Source: Alphaproteobacteria bacterium (GTDB taxonomy: Bacteria > Pseudomonadota > Alphaproteobacteria > Rhizobiales > TMED25). Taken from it: 64,000 nucleotides of DNA. The position numbers and the translations under genes were made by a program. Shown here one piece after another: positions 50,084-59,309 of the stretch. The notes beneath the pieces are model-generated. The model was not told where the DNA came from. It worked only from the letters and a program-made list of their open reading frames with translations, and searched no databases. The DNA is taken from assembly GCA_045565315.1 (NCBI GenBank), contig JBJLFO010000001.1, positions 663,732 through 727,731 on the forward strand, written 5' to 3'. Numbering within the stretch: the stretch's first letter is position 1; the number at the start of each line of letters is the position of its first letter.

Positions 50084-50100
50084 TGCCTAATTTAAAGGCA
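50084..50100. promoter_or_regulatory. 17-bp dyad TGCCT-N7-AGGCA, candidate enhancer-binding-protein (NtrC-type) site
   Basis: Perfect 5+5 dyad centred about 100 bp upstream of the sigma-54 elements. A second imperfect copy, TGCCTAATTATTGTGCG, lies at 50113-50129 (centres 29 bp apart). Confidence 0.5.
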
Positions 50101-50115
50101 CATTATAAATAATGC

Positions 50116-50976
50116 CTAATTATTGTGCGGTAGTCTTATCATGCCCTCTTGTGCAACGGTGGCTACCAAATTTCCAGTTTGAGAAAAAATATGACCACTG
50201 GCGAATCCTCTATTCCCATAGGCACTATGACTCCTCTGTGAATATAGTAGCCAATCATTTACATCAAATGGTCTATGGAACCATATAGAGTGGTCTAAGC
50301 TTGCAATTTGAAGGTCTTTTTGAAAAATAGATAAGGCATGAGGCATTAAAGCTGTATCTAATATTGTATAGTCGCTTGCATATGCTAGGAGTGCCTGGTT
50401 AAGTGAAACATCAGTATTTATTTTACTGGATGTTTTAAACCAAACTAATTGTTCTGGTTTCTCTTTCTTAGGATTTATCATATTTCTTGGCTTAACAGGA
50501 CGAAACTCAATTGGCCTCAGTCTATCTCTTGTATCACGAATATTCTTGGGACCATTTTTAAAAGCTTTTTTTAATAATTCAATCTCTTCTGCCAGAGCTG
50601 AAGGATCTTTTGTATGGGGCATTGGGTCTTGGTGGATAAGCCCATCTTCGACTCTATGAAATGAAGCTATCATTTGAAAAATTAAATGTTTATTTTGATA
50701 CGCATAAATATTACGCTGAACAAAACTATTTCCATCCCGAAGCTTTGAGACTTTGTATATAATTGGAATATCTGGGTCACCTGCTCTCAAGAAATAACAG
50801 TGAAGAGAATGTAGGCTTTTTTCTTCAACTGTTCGATATGCAGCCATAATTGCCTGGGCCACTATAAGTCCTCCAAAAATTCTCCTCCAGCCTATCTCTT
50901 TCGCGGGCACTGTGAAAGTTTCGCTATCAATAGTTACGAGATTTAGCAGATCTTTAAGTTTTTTTATAGCACTCAT
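50116..50976 (-). CDS. tesB: Acyl-CoA thioesterase II
   Basis: Double hot-dog protein of about 286 aa. N-terminal RIFGGLIVAQAIMAA and a C-terminal region typical of TesB. Confidence 0.8.
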   Translation of the reverse strand: MSAIKKLKDLLNLVTIDSETFTVPAKEIGWRRIFGGLIVAQAIMAAYRTVEEKSLHSLHCYFLRAGDPDIPIIYKVSKLRDGNSFVQRNIYAYQNKHLIFQMIASFHRVEDGLIHQDPMPHTKDPSALAEEIELLKKAFKNGPKNIRDTRDRLRPIEFRPVKPRNMINPKKEKPEQLVWFKTSSKINTDVSLNQALLAYASDYTILDTALMPHALSIFQKDLQIASLDHSIWFHRPFDVNDWLLYSQRSHSAYGNRGFASGHIFSQTGNLVATVAQEGMIRLPHNN

Positions 50977-51054
50977 TAAAAAATCAAATTAAATTAATAA
51001 ACAATAATGCTTAATTATACGTATTATTTAAATTAGAAATCAACTAAGAGCCAA

Positions 51055-52290
51055 ATGCAACCTGAAAATAAAATTGTAAGTGATTTGTTAATTGTGGGGA
51101 ATGGAATTTCGTCACAATTTTTATCACTTGCATTACTAAGGACCTTTGGAAATAATCTTAAAATAAATGTTATCGATAAAGATATATTGTATAATAATTC
51201 AGATGAATATGTTCGTGCTCTATCCATATCTTTATCAACCGTCAATATATGCAAAGCACTTGATATTTGGGATAAAGTAAAAGTTTACTGCTATCCAGTA
51301 GAGAGAATAGATATTTCAAGTATATCAAAAAGTCTACTAAATGACGGATATCTTCAATTCAACAACAGAATAAGTGATCAAATAGCTTCATACATCATAA
51401 ATGAAAAAAATCTTAGAGAAATTCTTGATATAGAGTTAGAAAATTTTAATAATATAAGAGTATTTACTGAGGATATCAGCGAAATAAATATAGATCAGAA
51501 TCATGCTGAACTCTCTACCAAGAACAAAAAATTTATTGCAAAATTGATTATTGCGGCCGATGGGCGGAACTCTATTATAAAACATCTATTGGGTACGAAG
51601 TCTATTACTTGGGATTATAAACAGACTGCAATATCATGTGTTGTAAATCATTCAATGAGCAATCCCAAAACTGCATTAGAAATTTTTTTGGAGACTGGTC
51701 CCTTTGCTATACTTCCATTAGGAGAAAAAAAATCATCAATAATATGGTCCGCTAGTAATGAAATAATGGAGGGAATAAAAAATCTTAGTACAAAAGAGCT
51801 TATAGAAGAACTAAATAGTAAATTTGATAATCGCAGAGGTAAAATACTCAAAGTAGATCATATCGGTTATTTCAATCTATATTTTAGTATCACAAAAAAA
51901 ATTATAGATCAAAGAGTAGCTTTTATAGGCGACTCAGCACATGTAGTCCATCCTTTAGCAGGGCAAGGCATTAACATTGGATTGAGAGATGTAGCTCATT
52001 TATCAGAGTTGATTGTAGATTCTATAAAGTACGGTTTAGATTTTGGTTCAATGAATATACTTGAAAAATATCAAAAATCGAGAATGGTTGATATTGTATC
52101 TTCTGCAATCATTTTTGATGGAATTAATAAATTTTATTCAAATGATTTTAAAGCATTAGAGCCTTTAAAAGATTTTGCGATAAGATTCGTGGATAAAATT
52201 CCAATTCTGAAGAAAAATTTTGTTCAAGAAGCATCAGGTATTAAAGAGAATTCTCCGAAATTAGTAAAGGGGGTACCTTTAAATTTATAA
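51055..52290 (+). CDS. UbiH/UbiF/Coq6-family FAD-dependent monooxygenase (ubiquinone biosynthesis hydroxylase)
   Basis: ADGRNS motif and GDSAHVVHPLAGQGINIGLRD FAD-binding motif. The N-terminal dinucleotide motif is degenerate (VGNGISS). Confidence 0.75.
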   Translation: MQPENKIVSDLLIVGNGISSQFLSLALLRTFGNNLKINVIDKDILYNNSDEYVRALSISLSTVNICKALDIWDKVKVYCYPVERIDISSISKSLLNDGYLQFNNRISDQIASYIINEKNLREILDIELENFNNIRVFTEDISEINIDQNHAELSTKNKKFIAKLIIAADGRNSIIKHLLGTKSITWDYKQTAISCVVNHSMSNPKTALEIFLETGPFAILPLGEKKSSIIWSASNEIMEGIKNLSTKELIEELNSKFDNRRGKILKVDHIGYFNLYFSITKKIIDQRVAFIGDSAHVVHPLAGQGINIGLRDVAHLSELIVDSIKYGLDFGSMNILEKYQKSRMVDIVSSAIIFDGINKFYSNDFKALEPLKDFAIRFVDKIPILKKNFVQEASGIKENSPKLVKGVPLNL

Positions 52291-52301
52291 TAATAAAATA
52301 T

Positions 52302-52481
52302 TTAATTATCTTTTAATGCTCGGGCTTCATCGGCTAACATAATTGGAACACCATCTCTTATAGGATATGCAACACCTGCTTTCTGCGATATTAGCTCCTG
52401 ATTTTTTTCATCATACTGGAGTGGCTCTTTTGATATAGGGCAAATAAGGATTTTTAATAGCTCAGAGTTAAAAGATGACAT
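52302..52481 (-). CDS. Trm112/UPF0434-family small protein (59 aa, below the ORF-track cutoff)
   Basis: My own translation gives [59 protein letters not shown]. It matches the UPF0434 pattern LL.IL.CP..K.PL......ELI.......YPIRDG(I/V)P.ML..EAR. It fills an otherwise unexplained 196-nt gap. Confidence 0.8.
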   Translation of the reverse strand: MSSFNSELLKILICPISKEPLQYDEKNQELISQKAGVAYPIRDGVPIMLADEARALKDN

Positions 52482-52486
52482 TTTAA

Positions 52487-53143
52487 TTATTGAATAAAAT
52501 TATTTTTTTTATCATTTCTTGAAGCAATAGACATTTCGCTGAGTGCTATGAGTATTTCTGATCTATTTTCTATATTTTTTGCTTCTAAAAGGGCTTGCTT
52601 TTCTTCTGAACTGAACGGGCTTAGCATCGCAAAGGCATTAATTAATATTTCTGTATCTGTATCAGTAATCACAGACCAATCAGTCGTCAAGTCATTTACA
52701 TTTAAATAATCAGATATCACATTTAACAGTTTATCTCTATCAATAGATTTAATCGGATCATTCAATTTAAGATCGTCTTTAAACTGATTATATGAAACCC
52801 TCATTTGGTTATATGCTGTATCTGAGTCTAGTTTTTCATTAATATTAAACCTACAGACACCTGTCAGTTTTACAATTAGTGTACCATCATCATTCTCTAC
52901 ATAAGTAGATATTTTCCCAAGGCATCCAACTTCTTCAGTATCACTATTTTCCTTCTTACTGATTGAGGGTTGAATAATTCCTATATATTTATCTGATTTC
53001 ATAGCATCCTCTATCATTTCCAGGTATCTAGGTTCAAATATATTTAGGGGTAATATTGCCTTGGGTAAAAGCACGCACTTATCTAGGGGGAAAATACGAA
53101 TAATTTCGGGTAGACCTTCTAAACTTATTTCTTTAATCATCAT
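52487..53143 (-). CDS. LON N-terminal (substrate-binding) domain protein
   Basis: FPL..CVLLP...[11 protein letters not shown] matches the start of the Lon N-domain. About 218 aa with no ATPase or protease domain. Confidence 0.7.
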   Translation of the reverse strand: MMIKEISLEGLPEIIRIFPLDKCVLLPKAILPLNIFEPRYLEMIEDAMKSDKYIGIIQPSISKKENSDTEEVGCLGKISTYVENDDGTLIVKLTGVCRFNINEKLDSDTAYNQMRVSYNQFKDDLKLNDPIKSIDRDKLLNVISDYLNVNDLTTDWSVITDTDTEILINAFAMLSPFSSEEKQALLEAKNIENRSEILIALSEMSIASRNDKKNNFIQ

Positions 53144-53151
53144 TTTTGTCC

Positions 53152-54033
53152 TTACGAAAATAAAATAGCTGATAAATTCTTTCTTTTTTCAATTGTTATG
53201 GGATCACTAAATCCCCACACTTCAAAAAATTTAAGTAGTTGACCCTGAGCCGCTTTTTCGTTCCACTCTCTATCAATTTTAATAGACTCAATCAAGAGAT
53301 CAGCTGCATGTTCTTGGTTCCCGGATGAGTTATAGTATAAAGATAGTTCTATTCGAGCCTGATGATCATCCGGATTATCATTAACTTTTATCTGGAGTTC
53401 TTCAATTATTCTAGCATCAGCCGGTGCATTCTGGGCTAAATCAATTATTGTTTTAAACTTCTTTATTTGAGCGTTATCTTGTATTAATTTTGGAAGGCTA
53501 TCTATAAAAGCTGCTGACTTTTCATGGTCTCCCATTTTTATATAACAATCTGCTACCTCAGCAATAGCGTTAATATTGTCATTCTCTTTTTCAAGAATTT
53601 CATTAAGTTTCAATAGGGCTCCATCGTAATTTTCTAAGTTTTTCATATCAATAGAATCTTGAAGCAACTTGGAAGTAGAATTATCTATAATTACAATATG
53701 TTTTTCGTAAAACTTTCTTAATTCAGTTTCAGTAATATTACCCATAAAACCATCAATTGGCTTACCATCTTTGAATATAAATACTGCAGGAATTGACTGG
53801 ATACCCATTTGGCCAGCAACCGCTTGATTTTCATCAATATTGATTTTACATAAATCAACTGCTCCTTTATATTCATTTGTTAATTTTTCTAGAAGTGGCG
53901 TTAACTGTTTGCATGGGCCGCACCAAGGAGCCCAAAAATCCACGATAACAGGACTAGAGTTGGATGCCTGTATTACATCAACCTCAAAAGTGCTTGTAGA
54001 AATATCTTTTATATTTTGCTTGGATTGATCCAT
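53152..54033 (-). CDS. Thioredoxin-domain protein with C-terminal TPR-like region (YbbN/CnoX-like)
   Basis: Thioredoxin active site WAPWCGPCK followed by a helical repeat region of about 180 aa. Confidence 0.85.
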   Translation of the reverse strand: MDQSKQNIKDISTSTFEVDVIQASNSSPVIVDFWAPWCGPCKQLTPLLEKLTNEYKGAVDLCKINIDENQAVAGQMGIQSIPAVFIFKDGKPIDGFMGNITETELRKFYEKHIVIIDNSTSKLLQDSIDMKNLENYDGALLKLNEILEKENDNINAIAEVADCYIKMGDHEKSAAFIDSLPKLIQDNAQIKKFKTIIDLAQNAPADARIIEELQIKVNDNPDDHQARIELSLYYNSSGNQEHAADLLIESIKIDREWNEKAAQGQLLKFFEVWGFSDPITIEKRKNLSAILFS

Positions 54034-54162
54034 TTGAGCTTACTAATATTATAATCTAAGACATAATTAATATAATTAGTAATAACACAAAATCAATCAA
54101 ATTTATGTAATTATTTGCTAGTAAAAAAAGATAAATCCATATATAAATTAAGTGTGAATTTT

Positions 54163-54237
54163 GCGGGCGTAGCTCAGTGGTAGAGCACAACCTTGCCAAG
54201 GTTGGGGTCGTGAGTTCGAATCTCATCGCCCGCTCCA
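54163..54237 (+). tRNA. tRNA-Gly (anticodon GCC)
   Basis: Hand-folded cloverleaf. Acceptor stem GCGGGCG/CGCCCGC, D-arm GCTC-AGTGGTA-GAGC, anticodon arm CAACC-TTGCCAA-GGTTG, T-arm GTGAG-TTCGAAT-CTCAT. Discriminator U and an encoded CCA. 75 nt. Confidence 0.92.
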
Positions 54238-54284
54238 TTGTTAAAACTTTGAAGTAGGAAACTGCAAAATCTGGAGTTTTATAG

Positions 54285-55694
54285 ATGCCATCCCAGAGAC
54301 TTCTAATAAAAAATGGAACTGTAGCTTATTCGAATAATATACAGAAGATGGATATTTTTATCCTAGATGATAAGATCTCAAAAATGGGAAGAGATTTATC
54401 GGAAGAAGCAGATAAAATAATAGATGCAACAGATAAGTTAGTGCTCCCAGGTGGAGTTGACAGTCACTGCCATATTGAACAGAAATCAGCTTCTGGGCTG
54501 ATAAACTCGGATACATTTCACTCAGCAACATCTGCGGCCGCTCTTGGAGGCAACACAACAGTAATCCCTTTTGCTGCTCAATATGCCGGTGATTCATTGA
54601 TAGAGGTTGTAAATAATTATCATGGATTAGCAAATCGGGGATCTATAGTTGATTATTCAATGCATATGATTATTGCTGGCCCGTCAGATGATGTTATAAC
54701 AATAGAGTTACCAAAATTGATATTAGAGGGTCATAGCTCTATTAAAATATTTATGACTTATGATCGATTAAAAATTGACGACACGAATATACTAAAAATA
54801 TTAAATCAGGCACGAATTTCTGGAGCTATGGTATCAGTTCATGCGGAGAATCATGAAATGATAACGAATAAAGTTAAAGAACTTATTGAAGGCGGTTTTG
54901 ATAGTCCAAAATATCACACAGATAGTCACCCAGTTGAAGGTGAAGTTGATGCCTTTAGGCGAATAATTAAAATGTCAGATGAAACAAAACAACCCGTAAT
55001 GATTTTTCATGTATCTTCGGAGCAGGGACTAAAGGAAATAGAAGCTGGTAAAAAAAGAGGTGTAAAATTTTTTGCTGAAACTTGTACCCAATACTTAACC
55101 TTAAACTCTCATTTACTAGATCAAGAGAAAATTAATGATGGAGCCAAGTGGATTTGTAGTCCTCCAATTCGCTCTCCTAGTGACTCAAAGGCCCTATGGA
55201 TAGGGCTTGAAGATAATACTTTAGATCTGGTTACATCTGACCACGCGCCTTATAGTTTTGATAGTAATGGAAAATTTTTCAAAGGGGATAATCCAAACTT
55301 TAAAGAGATTCCAAATGGTATGCCTGGGCTTCAATGGAGATTACCGATCTTATTAGATAAAGTGATAAATAAAAATTGTGATCTCGATATATTAGATTTT
55401 GTTAGAATTACATCTACTATGCCCGCAAAGGTTTATGGATTATACCCATCTAAGGGAGAAATAAAAATAGGATCAGATGCAGATATTACCATCTGGGATA
55501 CTAAATTAAACATTACTTTATCTGATAATATGGTTGTTGATGGGTCTAAATATAATCCATACTCTGGAATGAATATTTGCTGTTGGCCAAATGAGGTTAT
55601 ATTGCGAGGCAATACCATCGTAAAAGATAATTTAATCAAAAGTAAGCCTGGTAGCGGAAAATTTCTATCAACAAAACTTAGTGAATATATCTAA
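54285..55694 (+). CDS. Dihydropyrimidinase / D-hydantoinase (cyclic amidohydrolase)
   Basis: All metal-centre motifs are present: GGVDSHCH (HxH), SIKIFMTY (carboxylated Lys), VHAEN, FHVSS and TSDHAP (Asp). Confidence 0.8.
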   Translation: MPSQRLLIKNGTVAYSNNIQKMDIFILDDKISKMGRDLSEEADKIIDATDKLVLPGGVDSHCHIEQKSASGLINSDTFHSATSAAALGGNTTVIPFAAQYAGDSLIEVVNNYHGLANRGSIVDYSMHMIIAGPSDDVITIELPKLILEGHSSIKIFMTYDRLKIDDTNILKILNQARISGAMVSVHAENHEMITNKVKELIEGGFDSPKYHTDSHPVEGEVDAFRRIIKMSDETKQPVMIFHVSSEQGLKEIEAGKKRGVKFFAETCTQYLTLNSHLLDQEKINDGAKWICSPPIRSPSDSKALWIGLEDNTLDLVTSDHAPYSFDSNGKFFKGDNPNFKEIPNGMPGLQWRLPILLDKVINKNCDLDILDFVRITSTMPAKVYGLYPSKGEIKIGSDADITIWDTKLNITLSDNMVVDGSKYNPYSGMNICCWPNEVILRGNTIVKDNLIKSKPGSGKFLSTKLSEYI

Positions 55695-55697
55695 CTT

Positions 55698-57269
55698 CTA
55701 ATGTTTGAAATGCCTGTAACCGGTAAAAACCATCGCTACTTCAGCCTCATCGGCAGTTTTAATTACATCATCATCTCTAATTGAACCACCAGGCTGGATA
55801 ACGGCTTTCACTCCAAATTCTATTGCAGCTGTCAATCCATCAGAAAAAGGAAAAAAAGCATCAGATGCAATTACACAGCCCAATTTTTCTTTTTTATCGA
55901 TAAAGTTTTCATGATATTTTTGAATTGCAATTCTTGATGAGTCAACTCGACTTGTCTGTCCAGCTCCAATTCCAATTGTTTTTTTATTTTTTGCATAAAC
56001 AATTGCATTTGATTTTACATGTTTAGCAACTTTAAAGGCAAAGATACAATCATCTATTTGTGTGTCATCCGGTTTTTTCTGTGAAACAACTTTAAGATTA
56101 TCTTTTTGAATTACAAACTCATCCCTATCTTGGATAAGATAACCTCCAAAAACAGACTTAATTATTTTTTTATCAGATTGGTCATTTGATAATTGATTGA
56201 TTTTTATTATTCGCAGATTTTTTTTACTTGAAAAGACCTGTAATGCTTTTTTAGAAAAATCTGGTGCGATGATAACCTCTGAAAATACTTTTATAATTTC
56301 AATTGCTGTGAGATCATCAATAGTTTTATTTGCTATTAATATACCACCAAAAGCACTTGTTGGATCACACGAAAGAGCCTCTTTGTATGCATCCAGTATA
56401 GTATTTCTTTGAGCAACTCCACAAGGATTCGTATGTTTAATTATTGCAAAAGTAGGCATATCCTCTTTAAAATCATTGATCAATTGAAGGGCCGCATCGG
56501 TATCATTTATATTATTATAAGACAACTCTTTACCCTGTAATTTTTCAATGGAACCAAAACCATTATTTGAATTAACACGCAGTGAGGCATTCTGATGAGG
56601 ATTTTCTCCATAACGAAGGATTTTTTCATCTCCATTTGATGAAATTATTTCTTCTTGATTTGTATGTCCTAGATATTTTTTGAACCAATTTGCAATCATT
56701 GTATCATAGGATGCAGTTACAGAATATGCATCTGCCGCGAGAACTGCTCTCTCTTCTTCTGATAAGCCTCCATTATTCTGAATATTTTCAAGAATAGATT
56801 GATAGGAGTCTATACCTGTAACTATTGAAACACGATCATAATTTTTAGCGCTAGCTCGAATCATAGAGGGCCCACCTATGTCAATATTTTCAATGATCTG
56901 ACTTAAATTATCTGTTGTCTTAACAATTTTCTGGAATGGATATAAATTAACAACTACGAGATCAATTTCTTGAATTGAGAGATTTTTAATTATATTTGAA
57001 TCATCAATATTATTTAACCGGGATAAGATACCAGCATAAATATTTGGATGTAATGTTTTGACTCTTCCTCCTAATATTTCAGGAAATTTAGTTATTTCTT
57101 CAATTTCTTTAACTTGAACTCCATCCTGAGTTAATAATTTTGCAGTTCCACCAGTAGAAACTATCTCAACACCTTCTTTCTCAAGACCTTTAGCAAATTC
57201 TATAATACCTGTTTTATCGTAAACACTTATTAAAGCCCTCTTTATTTTAATAGTATTCATTATCATCAA
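55698..57269 (-). CDS. purH: Bifunctional AICAR transformylase / IMP cyclohydrolase
   Basis: N-terminal MGS-like KRALISVYDK and the C-terminal AICARFT region ending TGYRHFKH. Confidence 0.95.
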   Translation of the reverse strand: MMIMNTIKIKRALISVYDKTGIIEFAKGLEKEGVEIVSTGGTAKLLTQDGVQVKEIEEITKFPEILGGRVKTLHPNIYAGILSRLNNIDDSNIIKNLSIQEIDLVVVNLYPFQKIVKTTDNLSQIIENIDIGGPSMIRASAKNYDRVSIVTGIDSYQSILENIQNNGGLSEEERAVLAADAYSVTASYDTMIANWFKKYLGHTNQEEIISSNGDEKILRYGENPHQNASLRVNSNNGFGSIEKLQGKELSYNNINDTDAALQLINDFKEDMPTFAIIKHTNPCGVAQRNTILDAYKEALSCDPTSAFGGILIANKTIDDLTAIEIIKVFSEVIIAPDFSKKALQVFSSKKNLRIIKINQLSNDQSDKKIIKSVFGGYLIQDRDEFVIQKDNLKVVSQKKPDDTQIDDCIFAFKVAKHVKSNAIVYAKNKKTIGIGAGQTSRVDSSRIAIQKYHENFIDKKEKLGCVIASDAFFPFSDGLTAAIEFGVKAVIQPGGSIRDDDVIKTADEAEVAMVFTGYRHFKH

Positions 57270-57295
57270 TCATAATTTTTACTTGTTCAATTATC

Positions 57296-57691
57296 TCAAT
57301 TTTGTTTTGCGAGTTTTTCGATTAGCTCTTCTAGATTATCAACACCAGTATAATCCTCACTTAGACCACCTTCTCCACTTTTATTTTTACAAGTGAAGAA
57401 TACGCACTCATCGCCAAGAACTCTAATACCATGAATGGTATTCCGCGGTATGTAAACTAGATCACCAGACTCAGCTGTTGTTGTTTCATCCCCCAATAAA
57501 ACTGCAAGTTTCCCAGATAATAGATAGATCCATTGTTCATCATTGGGATGATAATGGGGAGGCGGTACATCACCTTTTTTATAGTTAACTATTCCCACTT
57601 TTAGTATTTCACCCGAGAACTGTTTCATCATAATATGAGGTCTTGCAACATCAGGTGTTGCTGTCATTTCATTCTTTCTAAAAATTGGCAT
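57296..57691 (-). CDS. Cupin-domain protein
   Basis: Cupin motif 1 PPHYHPNDEQWIYLLSG and motif 2 GDLVYIPRNTIHG. Confidence 0.65.
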   Translation of the reverse strand: MPIFRKNEMTATPDVARPHIMMKQFSGEILKVGIVNYKKGDVPPPHYHPNDEQWIYLLSGKLAVLLGDETTTAESGDLVYIPRNTIHGIRVLGDECVFFTCKNKSGEGGLSEDYTGVDNLEELIEKLAKQN

Positions 57692-57733
57692 GACTATCTC
57701 TCCAAAGTTTAATTTAGGTACAATTTTATACTA

Positions 57734-59062
57734 TTATTTTTTTTCTAATATGGAAATAAAGAAACCATCATTTCCACCATCTGCTATTACCCCCGGTAGA
57801 ATTCTCATAAAACCTTCTTTTTTTATACATTTTTTAAATTCAGGTATTTTTTCTGCATTAATTTCTCTTATGTGAATATCCTCCCTGTCTTTTAGTATTT
57901 TATTTATTTGATTTTCTCCTTCTTCCGGTTCCAATGAGCACGTACAGTAGATCAAAACACCACCTTTCCTAAGCATATTAATTCCATTATTTAATAAATT
58001 TATCTGGTTTTGAGTAAAATAGTCTATATTACCTATCTCTTTTAGAAGAATATCTGGATTCCTTCTTATAACACCAGTCGAACTGCAGGGCGCGTCTATT
58101 AACACACCATCCACCTTATTTTTTGGTTGCCATTTAGTTCCATCAGCGTGAATTATTGTGGCCTTATAGTTTAATCTATTTAGATTATCTTTTAATATCT
58201 CCAAGCGATTAAGACTTTTATCTACGGCGGTAACTACAGCTCCTTTTGCTAATAAATTTGCTGTCTTTCCACCAGGGGCTGCACACAGATCGACGAATAA
58301 TTTACCTTTCAAATTATCTTCGACTAGTTTGATTGGAATTGAAGCAGATATATCCTGTACCCACCATAATCCCTCGTCATAGTACTTTATACTTGGAATA
58401 TAGGAGTAATTATTTAATCTAATAGATCCTGTAGATAGAAGAGATCCACCTAAATCTTCGGCAATTTTCTGATTGCTGTTTTTGGCACTTAAATCAAGAG
58501 GTGGATCAAATAATAGAGTCTTCGATATTTGATCCAACTCTTCAATACTGTAAACTTGACTCCACTTTATTTGCATCCATTCTGGTAGCAAATCTAGTGA
58601 GTCCATTTCTTCTGTTTTTATACTATCCTTTTCATTACTTATTTTCCTTAATACAGCATTTACAAGTCCAGAAAGTTTAGATGATTTTCGATCTCTTTTT
58701 GTAAGATTTATGGCAATATTTACGACCGCATAGGCCGCATTATTAAGATAAACTATCTGGCATATTGAAATAAATAGTATAATGTGAATACGCCTTGAAT
58801 GCTTTTCAATACTATCCTTTAAATATCTTGATAAAATGATTTCAATATGACCCCAACGCCGCAAAGTTGTCATCATAATTATTTTACAAAAGGCCAGATC
58901 TTCTCTTAAAAGAGATTTATATTTATCCTGTTTTAGAAATTTTTCTAAACTTTGATCTGGATTAGATTGCATTTCTATAATATCCATAAGGATATCTGTT
59001 GCTAGTTCCCTTGAATTTAATCCATTTAAATTTTTACTATTATTATTAATTATTGATCTCAT
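57734..59062 (-). CDS. rsmB: 16S rRNA (cytosine967-C5)-methyltransferase RsmB/Sun
   Basis: NusB-like N-domain, SAM motif DLCAAPGGKT, and catalytic motifs DAPCSSTGV and YCTCS. Confidence 0.9.
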   Translation of the reverse strand: MRSIINNNSKNLNGLNSRELATDILMDIIEMQSNPDQSLEKFLKQDKYKSLLREDLAFCKIIMMTTLRRWGHIEIILSRYLKDSIEKHSRRIHIILFISICQIVYLNNAAYAVVNIAINLTKRDRKSSKLSGLVNAVLRKISNEKDSIKTEEMDSLDLLPEWMQIKWSQVYSIEELDQISKTLLFDPPLDLSAKNSNQKIAEDLGGSLLSTGSIRLNNYSYIPSIKYYDEGLWWVQDISASIPIKLVEDNLKGKLFVDLCAAPGGKTANLLAKGAVVTAVDKSLNRLEILKDNLNRLNYKATIIHADGTKWQPKNKVDGVLIDAPCSSTGVIRRNPDILLKEIGNIDYFTQNQINLLNNGINMLRKGGVLIYCTCSLEPEEGENQINKILKDREDIHIREINAEKIPEFKKCIKKEGFMRILPGVIADGGNDGFFISILEKK

Positions 59063-59123
59063 ATTTAATTTATATATCTTAGTTACTATATTATACTTGA
59101 AAACTTATATAGAAATACAAATT

Positions 59124-59309
59124 ATGATACTTAAAAAAAATAAGAAACTTTCACCAGAAGCCCAAAGAGCTCTTGCAGAAGCTGAAGAAAGAAGAAAAAA
59201 AAACAAAAAAAATGAAACTTCAAGGCCAAAAGAGATAGATGGACCTCAAGGACCAGAACCGACCCGATACGGTGATTGGGAAAAGAAAGGTATAACTTCG
59301 GATTTTTAG
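59124..59309 (+). CDS. DUF1674 / SDHAF4-like small protein
   Basis: Basic N-terminal half and the conserved C-terminal EIDGPQGPEPTRYGDWEKKGITSDF. ATG at 59124 is preferred over the track's upstream TTG (59097). Confidence 0.7.
   Translation: MILKKNKKLSPEAQRALAEAEERRKKNKKNETSRPKEIDGPQGPEPTRYGDWEKKGITSDF

Noticed and set aside
50393-50410. Second parS-like sequence (…GGTTAAGTGAAACA) inside tesB
   Set aside because: Only one half-site matches the consensus and it is not palindromic, so it is unlikely to bind ParB.
54115-54145. Sigma-70 promoter for tRNA-Gly (TTGCTA ... TATATA)
   Set aside because: The -35/-10 spacing is 19-21 nt for the good -10 candidates, and the 17-nt alternative (CATATA) is poor. 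It cannot be supported from sequence alone.
54056-54238. 60-aa minus-strand ORF
   Set aside because: It overlaps the well-folded tRNA-Gly(GCC) at 54163-54237 on the opposite strand and is therefore spurious.
54163-55700. tRNA-Gly-targeted genomic island carrying the hydantoinase
   Set aside because: I found no integrase and no direct repeat of the tRNA 3' end near 55695-55700. Only one gene is involved, so it is reported only as an orphan accessory-like gene.
57690-57875. 61-aa plus-strand ORF between the cupin gene and rsmB
   Set aside because: Most of it overlaps the 3' end of rsmB in antisense. It has a hydrophobic low-complexity translation and no RBS.
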